The notes beneath the pieces are model-generated. The model made no database searches and was not told where the DNA came from. It saw nothing but the letters and a program-made list of their open reading frames with translations. Shown one piece after another: positions 28,141 to 43,262 of a stretch of 64,000 nt of DNA (its first letter is position 1; each line of letters begins with the position of its first letter). Position numbers and translations under genes: made by a program. Source of the DNA: Bigelowiella natans CCMP2755 (Eukaryota > Protista > Cercozoa); contig ADNK01002688.1 of NCBI GenBank assembly GCA_000320545.1, positions 1 to 64,000 of the forward strand, written 5' to 3'.

Positions 28141-29358
28141 CAAATAGTAAATATATCTGGAGAAGTAGTAACAAAACCTAATTTGAATACAGGTGGCATG
28201 TATGAAACACGTTATTATGTGTTTGGCTTGTTTGTGCTGCTGCTGGTGATGAGTTCATTTACCTTACGGAAGACATACATTCGTGACTTCTCCATACAAG
28301 CGAACAAATCTGGGTTATCGCTTGACCACATCTAATGATAATAAGCCACAAATCAACATATATAAACTACATCACAGGTAATAATCACGACAGCCACAAA
28401 CCAGCCTTTTTACTCGATGTCAATATTGATCATAATTTGTAGATAGAAGAAGTAAAATATAGTTGTATGATAAGAGAACTAGTGCATCGCGCGATGGTAG
28501 TAGAAAAGATGTTAATACATAATGTGAGTGAGTGAGTGAGTGAGTGTGTGAGCGGTGGTACAAAGTTCCAGCAGTCTTTTCGATGAACCGGAAGAGCAAC
28601 GGCAGTGTCGTCTCCTTCTTGCTGTATAATTATGTTTGATTTGTGGTATTATTGCATGTATTTGCCGCTGTGTCGCTGTCTAAAGAGCATTATGTGGTGT
28701 CATCATCATAACCATCATCATCGTCATCATTCTTCAGAAGTGAATCTGCACAGGCCCATACAACGACAACAACAACAACAACCCAAATGCTAGTAAAGAA
28801 TGGATGTTGTTTCAAAATGAGATACATCATATGTATGCACCTCGTTAAAATAAATATAAGCTTTACAAGGCTGTTTTCCTTGTTAATTTCTTCGCACAAA
28901 TAATGTGGGTAGATAATATGTGTGTTGTGTGCTGTGGTCCTTGGTACATCTACTAGTAGTAGTACGTTGATGTCGAAGATAGTGAGGAAACCGTTGATCT
29001 CAATAACGCTTAATTTGGTGCTATTGCCTGATGTTTCAGTTACATACAATGTAATGGCAATGAGTACTTCGCTGGAAGCTAATTTATGAATTACAAAACA
29101 TTGCAAGTTGGAATTTTAGGCTGTCAATTAGCGTGCTACTACAGTTGAGATGGATGTAGTTTGGCCTGCATTTCACATTGTAGCGGTCTATCATCTTTAG
29201 GAAAATAACATAAAACCAAACATCAGATGCCAACCGAAGAATATGAGAAGAAGATGACACATGTGGCTATTGATATAAAACAACAATCAATGTTTCTTCT
29301 TATCATTGGATGTTCCTTTAAAATAGGGTAAAGATTGATGACAAGTGACTACGACGTC

Positions 29359-29393
<35 letters not shown>

Positions 29394-29553
29394 CATGATG
29401 ATGCTTAAGTACAAAGTACAACGCATTGTATTTTATCCTGCTAACTAACAATACCTGAACATGAGGCAAAGAAAAGCGCATCACTATCCCGCTTTGCCTT
29501 CCGACCTAAACCAAACAAACACAGACGAATAGAGGAAAATCAGCTCTCTCCCT

Positions 29554-29610
<57 letters not shown>

Positions 29611-29912
29611 TGTGTAAAGGAGTAACCACGAATGATCTCTTCTTCCTTTTCTTCTGTTGCTAATGCTGCACTTATAATCAAACTCGTGGATTTGTTTTTG
29701 TTGTATTAGTGGTAGTTAGTTGTAGTAGTACCATGAGCGTATCCGTTGAGGCACACAAACAGCAGATGGGGTCATTTGTCACCTAAAGTAGAGCATCGAA
29801 CGAATCAACAAAAGGAATGTGCTGCTAATAAGACGCTGCTAGTGAAGAAAGCGACAACAATCAGTATGTGCCGTTCGTAGTAGCAGCAATATAATCAATG
29901 TAAAGTGCGTGT

Positions 29913-29950
<38 letters not shown>

Positions 29951-32350
29951 AAATTATACCGGATACTTGGCATTGCTGCTATCGTACTCATTTTGATCCA
30001 GATACCTACAGAAAGAGAGAGCGAGAGAGAGAGAGAGAGAAATGGAGAGGAAACTTATGATACATGCTGCAAATGATGTTAAGAGGAGTGGCAGTTATCA
30101 TTGTTATTATCATTATTATTAACGTCTCCTTTCATGCTGCTACACTTACTACTAATACTATTATTCTACAGATCTACTTACTGTTTGCTGGCTTTGATGG
30201 ACGGCGCTTGATCAATAAACCAAAGAAGTTCCCGGTCACTCCCCGATTTATTACTGGCCCCATTTATCGATGTCAACCTGGGAAGAAGAATAAGAAGAAG
30301 AAGCAGCAGAAGAAGAAGAAGAAGAAACATAGATTTAGCATATATTGATGCTGACGACGACGATGATGACAATGATCTTGACATCGAACAATGATACTGT
30401 GAGACGGCATTCCTCTTTCTTTCTCTTACCCTCTTCTTTCTCGTGCCTTTTTGTTCTATTTTACTTCTTCATTCAAACTACTACTACTAGTAGTAGTAGT
30501 AGGTAGTACCTTGATGTTGCGGTGCGGTACTGCCATACATACACCATTGACTCTGATGCGATGATGACGTGTTGTGACGTCATCGCAGTAAACAGTGGCT
30601 GGACTGTTATATACCTAGTGCAATTAACAACCAACAACGGATTGATTCATTGATTACAGGGAGATGGAAGAGAAAGACAACATGCGTGTACTACTGAAAA
30701 GCCTAGCTTGAAGAACATGTTGTTCATCATCGTCGTCGTCACCATCACTCACCGCGAAGATAATAAGGAAGAGGAAGATTGGCATTCCTACTCTAAAATC
30801 ATCATTTTGGCTACTGACTGACTTTGAATCCGCAGGAGAACCGATAGCGTTGCAAAGAATCAAAATATACCTAAATTGATGATGATTAATAACGATGAAG
30901 AAGAAGACGCCAACGACTAAAAACACATCGGTTTAGACAAACAACATCAAAGGGTGCAAGTGACGACGACGTGTGGACGAGGTAGTTGTGGTTGGTTGCA
31001 GCATTATTATTACTGATCAAAGGAATCATCTGTCTTCGTGCAAAAGACGCAGTGCTGTCCCCCAGCATCAATGGTAACAAGCTAAGAAGTCATTCAAATA
31101 GAATAAAGTCATATTGGAGAGGAGGAAGGGGGTTGGCACTAAAGAGGATGATAAGTTCGGTAAATTAATAAGTTAAAATGAAATATAGTTCAATTCCTAA
31201 TTCTCTCTCTTTCTCTTTCTTTCTCCTTTTCATTCACATGCATATCCACCCATATCTGTACGTAAGCAAGTGAATAAAAGTACCTTCCTGACATATTTAA
31301 TATGCCTCTCCTTAGTTTTAGGATCCCAAAAGGATACACAGTGCTCCGTCTGTCGCAAGATGCAGCACAGCAGATAAATAAATTATGCTTTCGATACAAC
31401 CGTCACCATAATAAACCATACCATCAACTTAAGTAGCATAAATTATAGAAAAGTGAGGAGGAGTGCTACTGATGTATAGAATTGTGAAATTATAAATATT
31501 AAGCAATGTCCCATGTAAAAAGGCTTGATGATGATGATGGGTGTTCATTATTCAGCTACATAATAAGCAGCAGCAGCAGCTATAGAGCGCATAATACACA
31601 CCCTGTCCGGCTTCTTGAATGAATATACCAACGTGTTGTTGAAGTATCTAGAGGCGAGAAGAGGAGGAGGAGGAGGAGGAGGAGGAGGAGGAGGAGGGGG
31701 GGGTGAGGGAGGGAGGGAGGGAGGGAGGTCTCTCATAAGATGATAGTAGCATGTTAATTAGCTAAGATAATAAACATACATATAAGATACTAAAATTCAA
31801 TTCGAACATTCATATTTCATATATCCCTCAAGTGCGCTGCTTTACAATACATGATAAGTTATTGGTGTATGATCAGCACCATTATTATCATCTAGTACGT
31901 ACCCCCATTTGTAATCGGGACGAATGTTTGCAAAATATATGTACGACTCCATTGCAATAGCAAGCCTAAGGGAATAATAAGAATGATCATAATAAGAATG
32001 GTAATCACACGTAGTGTAGGAAAGTAATAAATAATTATGATAATAATAAGTCACAATCATTATCATCATGTATTCAGTTTATAACTTCTTGTTGACGTCG
32101 TCATGTAAGAACATGATGAGTAGTAGCTTAGCAAAGGTGTCAATTCATGTTGTTATTATTCTAGAACTACTAACCAATCCACGTTGTTGTTATTATAGCA
32201 CTACAAAACCAATCCAATCATTATTACCGAAGTGAATCACGTTCCCATGTAATTGCAGCAATGCTTGACCCAGGAATCTTAGGTGTTATTATTTCCATGT
32301 ATTGATCACAAGAACACCAACAACATGACATGTTCTTCTTTGTTCATCTA

Positions 32351-32387
<37 letters not shown>

Positions 32388-33950
32388 CCTTCGTCGTCGC
32401 ATGATGACAACAACAACAACAACGAAGACTACCTTGAGTGTCCGAAGATGTTTGCCAAATGGTGAATAGAACTGAATCATCTGCTGCTTCTAAATTATTT
32501 ACCACAGCAAATTTACGATAAAGCAACAACCCGATCAACATAGCTATTGATTGATGATGAGCAAAAGACAACTGCTGGTGATATACTACTACTACTACTA
32601 CTGCTGCTGCTGCTACTGCTACTACCTTTTGTTCTCCGTTGGATCCTTTGATTTCTTTGCTTCCAGAGATAGCAAGCACTAGACATATGTAGATTAGCAC
32701 ATCGATTAATACATGGTGTATCATCATCATCATCACCTCACAACATCTACCACATCTCCTTAGTACTAATAATACTTATACTACTTAACAGGTTGATAAT
32801 TATAATGATAATAATGATACCTATCCCATTCGTGTCCCATTTCATAGACGTTGTTGTTTCCATTCCAGTATCAATCAACACCGGGGACATGTCCCTGTAT
32901 ATAATGTGTCACATCATCATGCCAGTTTTTATATATTACGCTATTGTTTCCAACACAACAAACAACAACAACAATAAATTACAGTATGTTTCTAGGCTAG
33001 AGTATCTTAACTGCTGCTGTTTACTGCTTCATCGGGGGTTGGGCAATCATGAAGATCATCATATGATTATTTGTTGTTGTCTTCCGTGTTGTGCAATCAT
33101 GAAGATCATCATATGATTATATGTTGTTGTCTTCCGTACCCAACTTCCTTCATGATTTGGATCTTTCCATTTCTAAATCCAACAGCCAACGACGGGATCT
33201 ATCGTAAAAGTGTGTGGTAGAAGTAGTAGTAGCAGTAGTATAGAGTTAGTGGTACCTATGATTAGGGTATTAGAGAGAAGAACAAATAAATCACACTACT
33301 ATATGGCTTTGATCGTTTCTACCTGTAGGGAGTTCTTTCCTTGTAGCTAAATCAAATAAGATAGGTGTCAGTGGTTATGTGTAATATGTCTGAAGGACTA
33401 TATTATGACTAACAAGTTGAGTAGTTTTAATGATAGAGAAGCTATATATGTATGTATTGGTTGGATGACGACAGCAGTAGCAGCAACAACATAGTTGGTG
33501 TTGTTGTAAACAGATAGTGCGACTACCTTTCTGCCAGGATACCAGTCCATCCCAACAAGCGGTGAATGTCCGGCCGTTTGACCGGCAATAAGAGAAACCT
33601 GTTGTTGTTGTTGTTGATGATGATGATGGTGTCAAATGGGTGATCAATGATCAATGATGATGGTTATCACAATGCTATGTATGGTGGTGGTGGTAATAGT
33701 GGTGTTTAGCCACTAGAACCTTATTGATTTCTATTCCTATAGACTTCTGCTGATATTTCATCTGCTCTCTCTCGTTTTGTATGATGATGGCGCAATTACC
33801 TTCGAGATTCTGTTTCCTTGACTATCGTAAAGATAAACTTCCTACAAATCAACGTAGTACATTAGTAATATGAGGGGATCAAACATACAGTTGAATCATT
33901 GAAATGCGCACACATCCCCACCTCTACCCACACACACACACACAGAAAGA

Positions 33951-34010
<60 letters not shown>

Positions 34011-34020
34011 GGGAAAATCA

Positions 34021-34051
<31 letters not shown>

Positions 34052-34141
34052 GTAAAATTGACCGAGTCGGTAGTTGCAAAGAGAATATGGCGCGCATCCG
34101 GAGACCTTGGATTGAATTTGATCATTATGCATGTGAGAGTT

Positions 34142-34199
<58 letters not shown>

Positions 34200-34910
34200 A
34201 TTGTTTACTTATTGTTTACAACATCAATGCTCAAAAACCGTTATTTTATCCAACGTGAAAGGTTAAGAACTGTGGAAGAAGAAGAAGAAGAAGAAGAAGA
34301 AGAAGAAGATCTCCTAAGGGGTCATCATCACCATCATTGTTTTCCCTTATCAATCAGACATTGCTAAACAAATACTTGTACTACTACCACTCCACATTGG
34401 AGAGCTGCAGGTCCAAATCCTTCCCCCATAGCCTATTTCCATCAACAGAACCCACCTGACGACATCGTGTACAAACACCATTCAGAAGAATCACATCATA
34501 ATGATGGTGATGATGATCATGAGGATAAATACACTTGACTAATCTCACAAGCTGTTGCCATCATTATCATCATCATTATCATCATCATCATCATCATAGC
34601 TATTTTTTGTGGGTTGTTCTTCTTACTATAACTGCACCATCCTCGTACACGATGCAAATCTTTTGGCCATTAGCTGTCCACTATTGATAGTACACATCAT
34701 ATCGTAACACTAAGTCACAAGGAAAAGAAAAGCATCAAACAAGACAAAATGAAGGCTCCTCCTACTACTACTACTACTAATAACAACAATAAACGTGATA
34801 ATAGTAATACCTTCATATCGCGAACAACAGATTTGTTTCTGTTATTTATCATTTCTTCAAACCACTTTCCGTCCGACAACATCCTTGATTGAAGATGAAT
34901 CATGCAATGA

Positions 34911-34943
<33 letters not shown>

Positions 34944-35223
34944 GTGATGGTGGAGTCTACAGCAACATTCTACATCGAATGCTCGATTATGAATAGATGG
35001 TGTTGTATGTGCCTCACCAGACGATAATGAGTCCTTCTTCATCTGAAGTGGTCAGTTTTTCTTGTACCGAGTTCCATGTGATCACACACACAGCACCTGA
35101 TAATAATACCGACAACAACATCCATCCAATAAGGAACACAAAATATTATCATATTCCGTATATCTGCAGTGCATCAGTGATTTCAGGAGTTATTGTGCGT
35201 ATGCATTCTTCCCTTTTTGATAT

Positions 35224-35258
<35 letters not shown>

Positions 35259-35927
35259 TCATCATCATGATGTGCTTTAGTGTATTATGTGTGTGCGAGC
35301 TGCAGGATAGATAGCATCATCCCTCAAACGCATAACCCTATTAGTGATGTTTGATGGTGTAAAATATCATTATTCGGAAAAAAATGTTTTGATAATAAAG
35401 TGTAAAGCTGATCATTGATGGCACCTTTGTGTCCGTCTAGAGTCTGGTTCATGCTCAGGTTACTACATGCAGATTTTTTTATTATTATAAGAAGAAAGTC
35501 AACTTGATATATAATATATTATACATTAATAGTTGACCCCCCAAAAAAATATTGTATTCATTATCAAGAATCAACATGTAGACACATAAAATTTTTATGC
35601 GCTACAATGTGATCATTATGCAGATAAGAAGTAGTTCAAGTACGAGACTGTCAGTCCTTTTCTTCTCCCATACCTGCCTCCGCTCGCTTTAGAATCTAAC
35701 TTCAGTACTTTAAGTAGCCCCTTCTCACCACCGCACGCAATCCATCTGAGCACAGGTGCATTTGGAGAGTCATCTCTTCTACTTCTCCAATGTTTAAGTT
35801 ATCCCCTGATTCTTTCTTTATTCCTCCTATCTAGAATGGTTATCTACCCTTGATCAGTGTTCCACGATACTGAATGTAGTTTAATCTTGTGCGGAATAGC
35901 AATCTTCTTACTCAGATAGGCGAACAT
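20383..35927 (-). CDS. IFT121: Intraflagellar transport protein IFT121/WDR35 (IFT-A), dozens of short exons
   Basis: Spliced exons are collinear with WDR35: [27 protein letters not shown]|[17 protein letters not shown]|[13 protein letters not shown]|...[14 protein letters not shown]|...[18 protein letters not shown]|[16 protein letters not shown]; [14 protein letters not shown]; [12 protein letters not shown]; [13 protein letters not shown]; [10 protein letters not shown]; AQRQLYTG; [11 protein letters not shown]; C-terminal CPLCH. ATG at 35927. The last exon(s) after CPLCH are uncertain (stop roughly 20380-20510). Confidence 0.96.
33043..33137. repeat. Near-perfect 50-bp tandem duplication in an IFT121 intron
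   Basis: gcaatcatgaagatcatcatatgattat(t/a)tgttgttgtcttccgt occurs at 33043 and 33093. Confidence 0.9.
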
Positions 35928-35963
35928 TTCTGCATTATAATACATTATTTTTCAGAAGTTAAT

Positions 35964-36011
35964 TGGTAGTGACCGCCAATCACAAGCTAATGGTAATAAC
36001 CGCCAATCACA
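35964..36011. promoter_or_regulatory. Duplicated CCAAT-box element in the IFT121/TauE divergent promoter
   Basis: tggta(g/a)t(g/a)accgccaatcaca occurs twice with a 27-bp period, 37-84 bp upstream of the IFT121 ATG. Confidence 0.5.
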
Positions 36012-36787
36012 TCGTTAGGAGGAGGAGGAGCGAGTTATTCAAGGTGCCTTTACTTAGGTGCCTCCTGTTTGAGAGTTACACGCCCTGGACCTCCTTTACG
36101 AAATGAAATAAGCCACAGAAGAAGTAATTTGTTGAAGGTTGCACGAACACTCAGGGCCAATTCGTTGGGGGGGGAGAAACTCTACTCCTTGGTTCTAGGA
36201 TCAGGACTGCTCAAACGTTCTAATTCTATCACGTTATTAGGAGCGACAACACTTCGATGAAGTCGCTCTTGTGTAATACTATGTATTTTCTTAAAGTTGG
36301 TTTCTAGGCCATTTATCATATACTTCAGACAGTTTTATTTGTCGCTCGATATGTGGTGATGATGGGTTTGACCATCAGGCACACTCCTCGTACAATCGAG
36401 AGTGCACTGAGTGCACCGAGGGTTCCTCATAGTGAGGGCATTGATTCCTCAATAACGAGGGCAATTTTGTACTTAATGAACCGGTTGTGCTTTCACCGTC
36501 AGCAACACAAACCATATTCGTATATCTTTTCGTATATTAACGTTTCAATTTTCCCCTATATTTTTCGCAATTTGAGTCATATATTCTTGTCGCAACCTTT
36601 CAATTGCGTATTTTTTTCTTGGAGAATTCAACTGCGGCAAACTGAAAAGTTCTGGAATAAATCGGAACGTGTTGAGGTTGGCCGTGGAGGGAGGGGGAAG
36701 GGGATCAGTGAATTAGATAATGTTTCTAAAATGCTCAATGATAGTAACACATTATTTTCGTAGTAGGCTTGGAAGGAACTGCTACTA

Positions 36788-39336
36788 ATGTCTGACGTCC
36801 ATTCAATGATGATGGATCATTTCTCCTATCTTCTACAAAACATTCATACTTTCGGGGCCGAGCATATGAGCGAAAGCATGCACAAAGATTTGTTTCCAAT
36901 GAGCCCAATGGACTACACAGCCTTCGCCCTGACATTTTTAGGTTTTGTCTTAATTCTCCTACGACTATCTGAACTCATGAGTTTGCCATCTAGATCAATT
37001 GAATATCAACATAATTTTCCTCCTCGTCGTTTATGGCACACATACAGCTGTATTCGTTGCATCTGGAGTCGGAATTGGTGGTGGAGGTAAGTTCATCAAA
37101 TAAATTTTGGACAATAGAAAAATTAATTGGTTGGCATTCAACTAATGAGCATCTTTACGAGCAAACATTTTCTTTGATGAGATAGAATTGCTTGATTAAA
37201 TTTTGTTTCGTTACTTCCCTAACGTAACTGCATCTTCGCCTCTAATAAAATATATAATTCATAGGTATATTGGTGCCTCTATTCACTTTGTCTCTGGCTT
37301 TTCAACCCCAGTAATAACAGATATGATTATGTCGATTATTATCATATCGTTTACTATTTTCAAGAGACTATCGTTTCGATATGACTCATCAGTTTTGATG
37401 TTTTCAAAAAATTGTATGATGAACAACATTACTACGACGTCATTTAGTCTTCATTATGTCCCTCACATGTTTGTTGTCCAATCAGATACGCAATACCTCT
37501 TTCAAATATCACCATCTTTGGAGGGTCTATAGCCAATGCTATTATCAACATTAGGAGAAAGGTGTCGTCGTTTATTAGCCTGAGATAGAGAAATAAGAAT
37601 AAATGCTTCTTATATGACATATTAGAGATATTTAGATGGGCTGCTATGCTATCACAGAGTTATGATGTTTCTGCTTTCCTGAAAACAATGTTTTCCTTCC
37701 ACACAAGTAGCGCAGTAAGATTGAACGGTGCTGCTAAGATCATGGTCGACTACTATGTAGTTTGTACCTGCTGCTGTCCCTTAATTTGAACAATGTATTT
37801 AATCTTCCTCCCTCCTCCCTCAATATGATTCAGCACCCTTTAGTCGAAAGGCCTTTGATAGACTGGAACTTGATTCTGGTTATGGAACCAATGACTATTC
37901 TCGGTACTAACAACTGTAGATCATGAAAGATAATAATCAGGAAATAATACACCGTCATCATCGTTATCATCATCATTATCATCATCGTAATTAAAAGTAA
38001 TAAATGACCATCTCTCTCCAGGAGCCCTCCTTGGTTCTTTTGTTAACAAAGTCTCCCCAGGATGGTTGACATCTAGCTGCTTAGCTCTTGTCCTCACTGT
38101 TACGACTTATCGTCTCACCCGAAAAGGTGTGAGAATGTACAAAAAGGTATGGTGGTTTTTTATATTTGATGATAAAGATGATGAAGAAAGAGAGAGATAT
38201 ATACGATAGAGGGGCTAATCGTCATAAGTTTTACTACTCAGTATGCTCATCCGCCGCTGGGCCCAAAATTTTTTATCTCAATACATTCCATTTTGGCAAT
38301 TTCTATCCTCTTTTTGTCTGTCTTTTTCTGGTTTGGTTCATCAGGAAAATGAAAGCAAACTAGCACCTGAAATGGAACAAGGAATGAAAGACACAGTCGA
38401 GTCAGAATTTGTTCATATCATGAAGAACATAAATATTACATATGCTACACATACTACTACATATTTTTTGAATGTCAATAGAAATGGATATTTTCTATTT
38501 GAAAGAACAAAAATAAGTGATAGAACCCATTGGATAATATGCTTACAAAAATCACCATTCTTACCAGCAGACCGTAATTTAGATGTATGCACCTTAATAT
38601 TTGATTGAGTTAACTTGAAAAACTAAAGCTGTAACATATGTTTTTAGATATTCTCATCTTGAGGAGGATCAAAAGGATGAAGGTGCTACTTACACTATAG
38701 AATATACATATACATATATTGATAGTAATCGGATATATTCATTCTATAAATTTTTCTCAATGTTTGCTACTCCGCTTCTTCCAGGCCTTTTTCCACCAGA
38801 AGACGATATCGATGACACTGTAAGTAGGAAGATCTTAGCAAACTTCTACTACCATAAAATAGAGAAAGAATGTACACGTGGCTTGTTTATTTGCCATCCG
38901 TGTCACGATGTATTATATATGATGCTTCTATAAGCTATTTTGAAAAATATGCTACTACTGTAAGCTACTTTCTTTAACAATATCACAGACAATATCCCTT
39001 TGCGTGATCGATGTGCTGCTGTCGTTTATTGATACATTTATTTATATACTGCAATTCTATAACTACAGCTTGAGAAAGTGGTCAAGAGCGAGCAGCGTAT
39101 GCTTCCTTGGGAAAAAGTCGCAGGTGGTAGATGACTTCTCAGCAGCTGCTTCGTATGATAAGACAGCTATTGCAAGTGGCAGTTGTTTGCCAATATTTAC
39201 GATGAGCCATGGTGCTATTAACGCGGTATTTAAACAACAACCTAAGACAAACATGGTACTTTTATTATTACACACACATTTTAGGAATAAGTTCTGTCTT
39301 CGCAGTTATCGTTGTGCTCACACTTCTGAAAGGTAG

Positions 39337-39397
<61 letters not shown>

Positions 39398-40626
39398 ATA
39401 GCTCACATATTGGTGGATAGTTCTAGTAGTAGTTATATCGATGTTCAAGTTATAATGGCTTTGTAGCATCTTGAGGTTATCGTTGATAATCTTCTTCTTC
39501 GTCATCATCATTGTCATCATCATCATCATTGATAATCGTCACCAAACAATCATCATCAGGAGGCTCTGGGTTCCAGCCTCTCCACGTTACATGTGGTAGT
39601 GTTAGATGATGATGAGAGATTGTGTTGTAAAGAGTAGTAGCATGTAGATGCTTTGAACATCGTCTTACAATCGGTGACTGCAAATACTGTAATGTATATA
39701 TTCTCCTCATAGAAATTAAAGTACGGGTTATCATCCCCCCCCCCCCCCTCTCTTCTCTTTTATTATAAAATAATTCATCTTCATTCATTGATTGTAACAA
39801 TGCAGGATCCGTTGAATACTGGTGCATGACTCTTGCTACTATTCCCGTGGTAAGACGATCATCATCGTAATAATATGTTAATTTTCGCAAACAGAAGATA
39901 TAATTCTGTTGTTGTGTTGTGTCGTAGGTGATGCTTGCTTTTATCGTTGTCCGATCCCAGCTCATAAAAGAATATCACAAAAAGGAAGAAATTGGGTACT
40001 ACTACTACTACTAATAATAATAATAATAATAATACAACTACTACTACGTACGATATATATAATATCAGAACAATATGCATGATGATGATGATGATGATGG
40101 ATGATGATGATGATGATACGAATGCTAACTTAAGGAGATTTATTACGTCATTATGATAACGTCGTAGATATCAATATGACGCTAATAGCACAAGTCTGCC
40201 AATTTCCTTCTTTTATCGTCATAATCATCACTAAATACTATTGCAGATATGTATACGCACAAGGCGACGTAAGATGGAATGAAAAGGTTGGCACTGTTTG
40301 ATGTTTGCCAAGCAATGATGATGATGATGATAACGATGATAGAGTTGTCCAACTTTTCCTACTGATGTTTCTACAAACACGATCCTAATTCTGGTGTTCT
40401 GGTCATTTCCTATCACCATCATCTTCATCATCATCATCATCATGATCATCATCATAAATTATGTTCTTATTATCACCTGCTGCCTGGTCTCCGCTGCTAT
40501 TTCCAGGCTACTGTCGTATACCCAGGAATCTGTGCTTTTGCTGGCCTCTTCGCTGTAAGAATAAACTGACAACTAATATTAGTCATATGGTGCTAACAAA
40601 CCTGCTGCTACTACTACTCTGCTACT

Positions 40627-40657
<31 letters not shown>

Positions 40658-41084
40658 CACTTCTCAATGGATATTATTTCACATTCAATTGTTTACTCTT
40701 CCTCTGACCGTTCGATCGTTGTTACGATGCATTAAAGGGGATGTTCGGAATAGGCGGAGGAATTGTTAAAGGTGTTTTTTGTTCTCGAAGATGATGATGA
40801 CGATCACTGTGTGTCAGTAGCTAGATACTAAGACTTAGAAATAAGTATAAAACCACCAAGAAAGAAAAAAGAAAAGAAGAAAATTTTGAAGGAAAATCAT
40901 GAGTAAACTACGGTCACGAATTATGGTATTTTCAATGACAGTGGTTGTTTGTGATGACGTCGTATCTAATTTTGATTATATTGTTGTAATGACCGCCATA
41001 CTACAGGACCCCTCATGTTGGAAATGAACGTCCTTCCTGAGGTAGCTACTACTCATACTAGTAGCAGCACGGAATAAACATTTA

Positions 41085-41115
<31 letters not shown>

Positions 41116-42222
41116 TTGCGTACTAATATCACGATTACTACCACTTCTACCACTACCACCACCACCACTGCTACTACTGCTACATTGCTATCACACTGTA
41201 TAACATCTCATCCTATTCTCTGTCTACAAATCGAAGAACAACATTATTTACATGCGACTGACTAACAATCAGGTTTCTGCTGCAACTTCCTCAATGATGA
41301 TATTCTACACATCTGGGTAAGAATGCCAACGATGTTGTGATGATGGTCCCCTACTATCTACACATTGATCACCATTAGGCATCATCCATTATTTGTTTGT
41401 CTTCTTATTCTCTAATATTACTTCTACCAGAGCTGCCTCGGTGTCATACCTTGTTTTCGGTATGCTTCGTCCAGACTACGGTACTAACAATGATGAGGAT
41501 GATCAACATACCAACTACCATGACTCTGCATATAGCACCTACTCTCATATATATAAAAATTATGGTTATTCTTCTCTCTCTTCGTGAATGGTTCTTCAAT
41601 CTCTACTGATACCTCAACCACCACCACCACCATCATCATCATCGTCGTAGTCGTCATCACAATCGTGATAATGATAGCAATCCTCTTACTGCAAATAGGC
41701 GGTCCTCTATTTATGATTGGATTCATTGGTACTTTTATGGGACAAATCGTGATGAACTGGTAAGAACAATGACAATCATGATAATAAGCATTATCATCAT
41801 CCTTATTATTATCACCACCATCAATCAGGGTCTTGGAGAAACTTCGTCGGAAGAGTATTCTAATCTTCATAATCGCAATTCTAATCGGTGCATCGACGAT
41901 CTTGATGACCTTGACTTCAGTCGAGGCACTCATTGCAGGAAATGGGTCCAAGTCTATTTGCGGACACCATTAATATATTTTCAATTTCTCATTTTTTAAA
42001 AAAAAATGTGACGTCCTTGGGTAGGAGAAGGACACCTGACCTTCAAAAACAATTCTAGCAGCAACACAGCTGTAGAAGCTTCAGTAGCAGCAGTTAGTGT
42101 CTGGTAGGTAGGGTGCACGCAACCATTAATTAACCTCTGAGTCAAACATACTTCCTCTGGAAGATTCTTCTCTCTTGATCATTAGTTCCAACATCGATGA
42201 TGCTGCTGTGTTGCATATCTGA
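36788..42222 (+). CDS. Sulfite exporter TauE/SafE (DUF81) family membrane protein
   Basis: Spliced: AVFVASGVGIGGG|GILVP; YAIPLSNITIFGGSIANAIINI; HPLVERPLIDWNLILVMEPMTILG; GALLGSFVNKVSPGWL. Second repeat: GMFGIGGGIVK|GPLMLEMNVLPE|VSAATSSMMIFYTSG|AASVSYLVFGMLRPDYG; RKSILIFIIAILIGASTILM. The last exon is inferred (TGA 42220-42222). Confidence 0.9.
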
Positions 42223-43262
42223 CTTGTTGTCGTCAAATAGTACGATGTGCCTGATACTTGTGAAGCCAGTGTTGGATTTCTTTATCTTTAAATTACTGTG
42301 TTTATTTGCCCAGCATTGTGCTTGTGATGAGGGTGATTATGTGATGCGTGTGGCAATGGTTGGTGTCAGCACACAGTCCTACATCATTAAAGCAAACGAT
42401 TGCAGCACTCATAATTAGAACATTGCTTGCATGGTGCAATATCCATGCACCATTATTGTCCTGCTATCCCTCTATATCCGCTCTTCGCTAAGGCTACTTA
42501 TCTCCGCAGCCAATATCCCATCATCCATGCTAGCATGCACACCGCACACGCAACCGCCTTAGAATCACCATAGCTAGTGATGTAAAAGACATGCATTACA
42601 GCTAGTGGCAGATGACTACTAGGGAGCAGCGAACAATAAGACTATAATAAATGACCATGCATAGCAACGTGTGGGATGTACGTGCACATCTTCTATTGTA
42701 TAATTATTGGTTTGGCTTCATTATTGTATAACAACATAAGTAAGAACAAATAAAGCGCTCTACGCAATAATGCGACACGAGCTGGGCTTTATCGTTATTA
42801 CATGAATTTCGGATCAAACTTTGCATCGTACCTGCAAAAAGTTAAAAAGCAAACTAACAAGCAGGTCTCTGCTGTACGCCTAGACACATGTACAGCATGA
42901 TAAAGGCGCTACAGCAGGTTGCATGTAGCAGACTCTAGTCACGCTGCTAGCTGCATGCCCAGATTCATTTGTTTTATGACTTTGGATGACGACAGGGATG
43001 ATAGACATGCAATACATTATATATATATTATATATATTGTATTGCTGTGTCTATTATATTGTATTGCTGTGTCTATTATAGGGCTCTCGTTCATGCATGC
43101 AGGCTTGCAGGGCGGAGCGCACATTATGAGCACAACTAGACATGCCTACATTATCTGTAAGCGTTGTATATTTGTGCAATAATCAAAAACACAATGAGCA
43201 TCAACTTAATTATTATTCCCACAAGCAATAATATAACGATAACAAAGTGCAATGTGACATCA

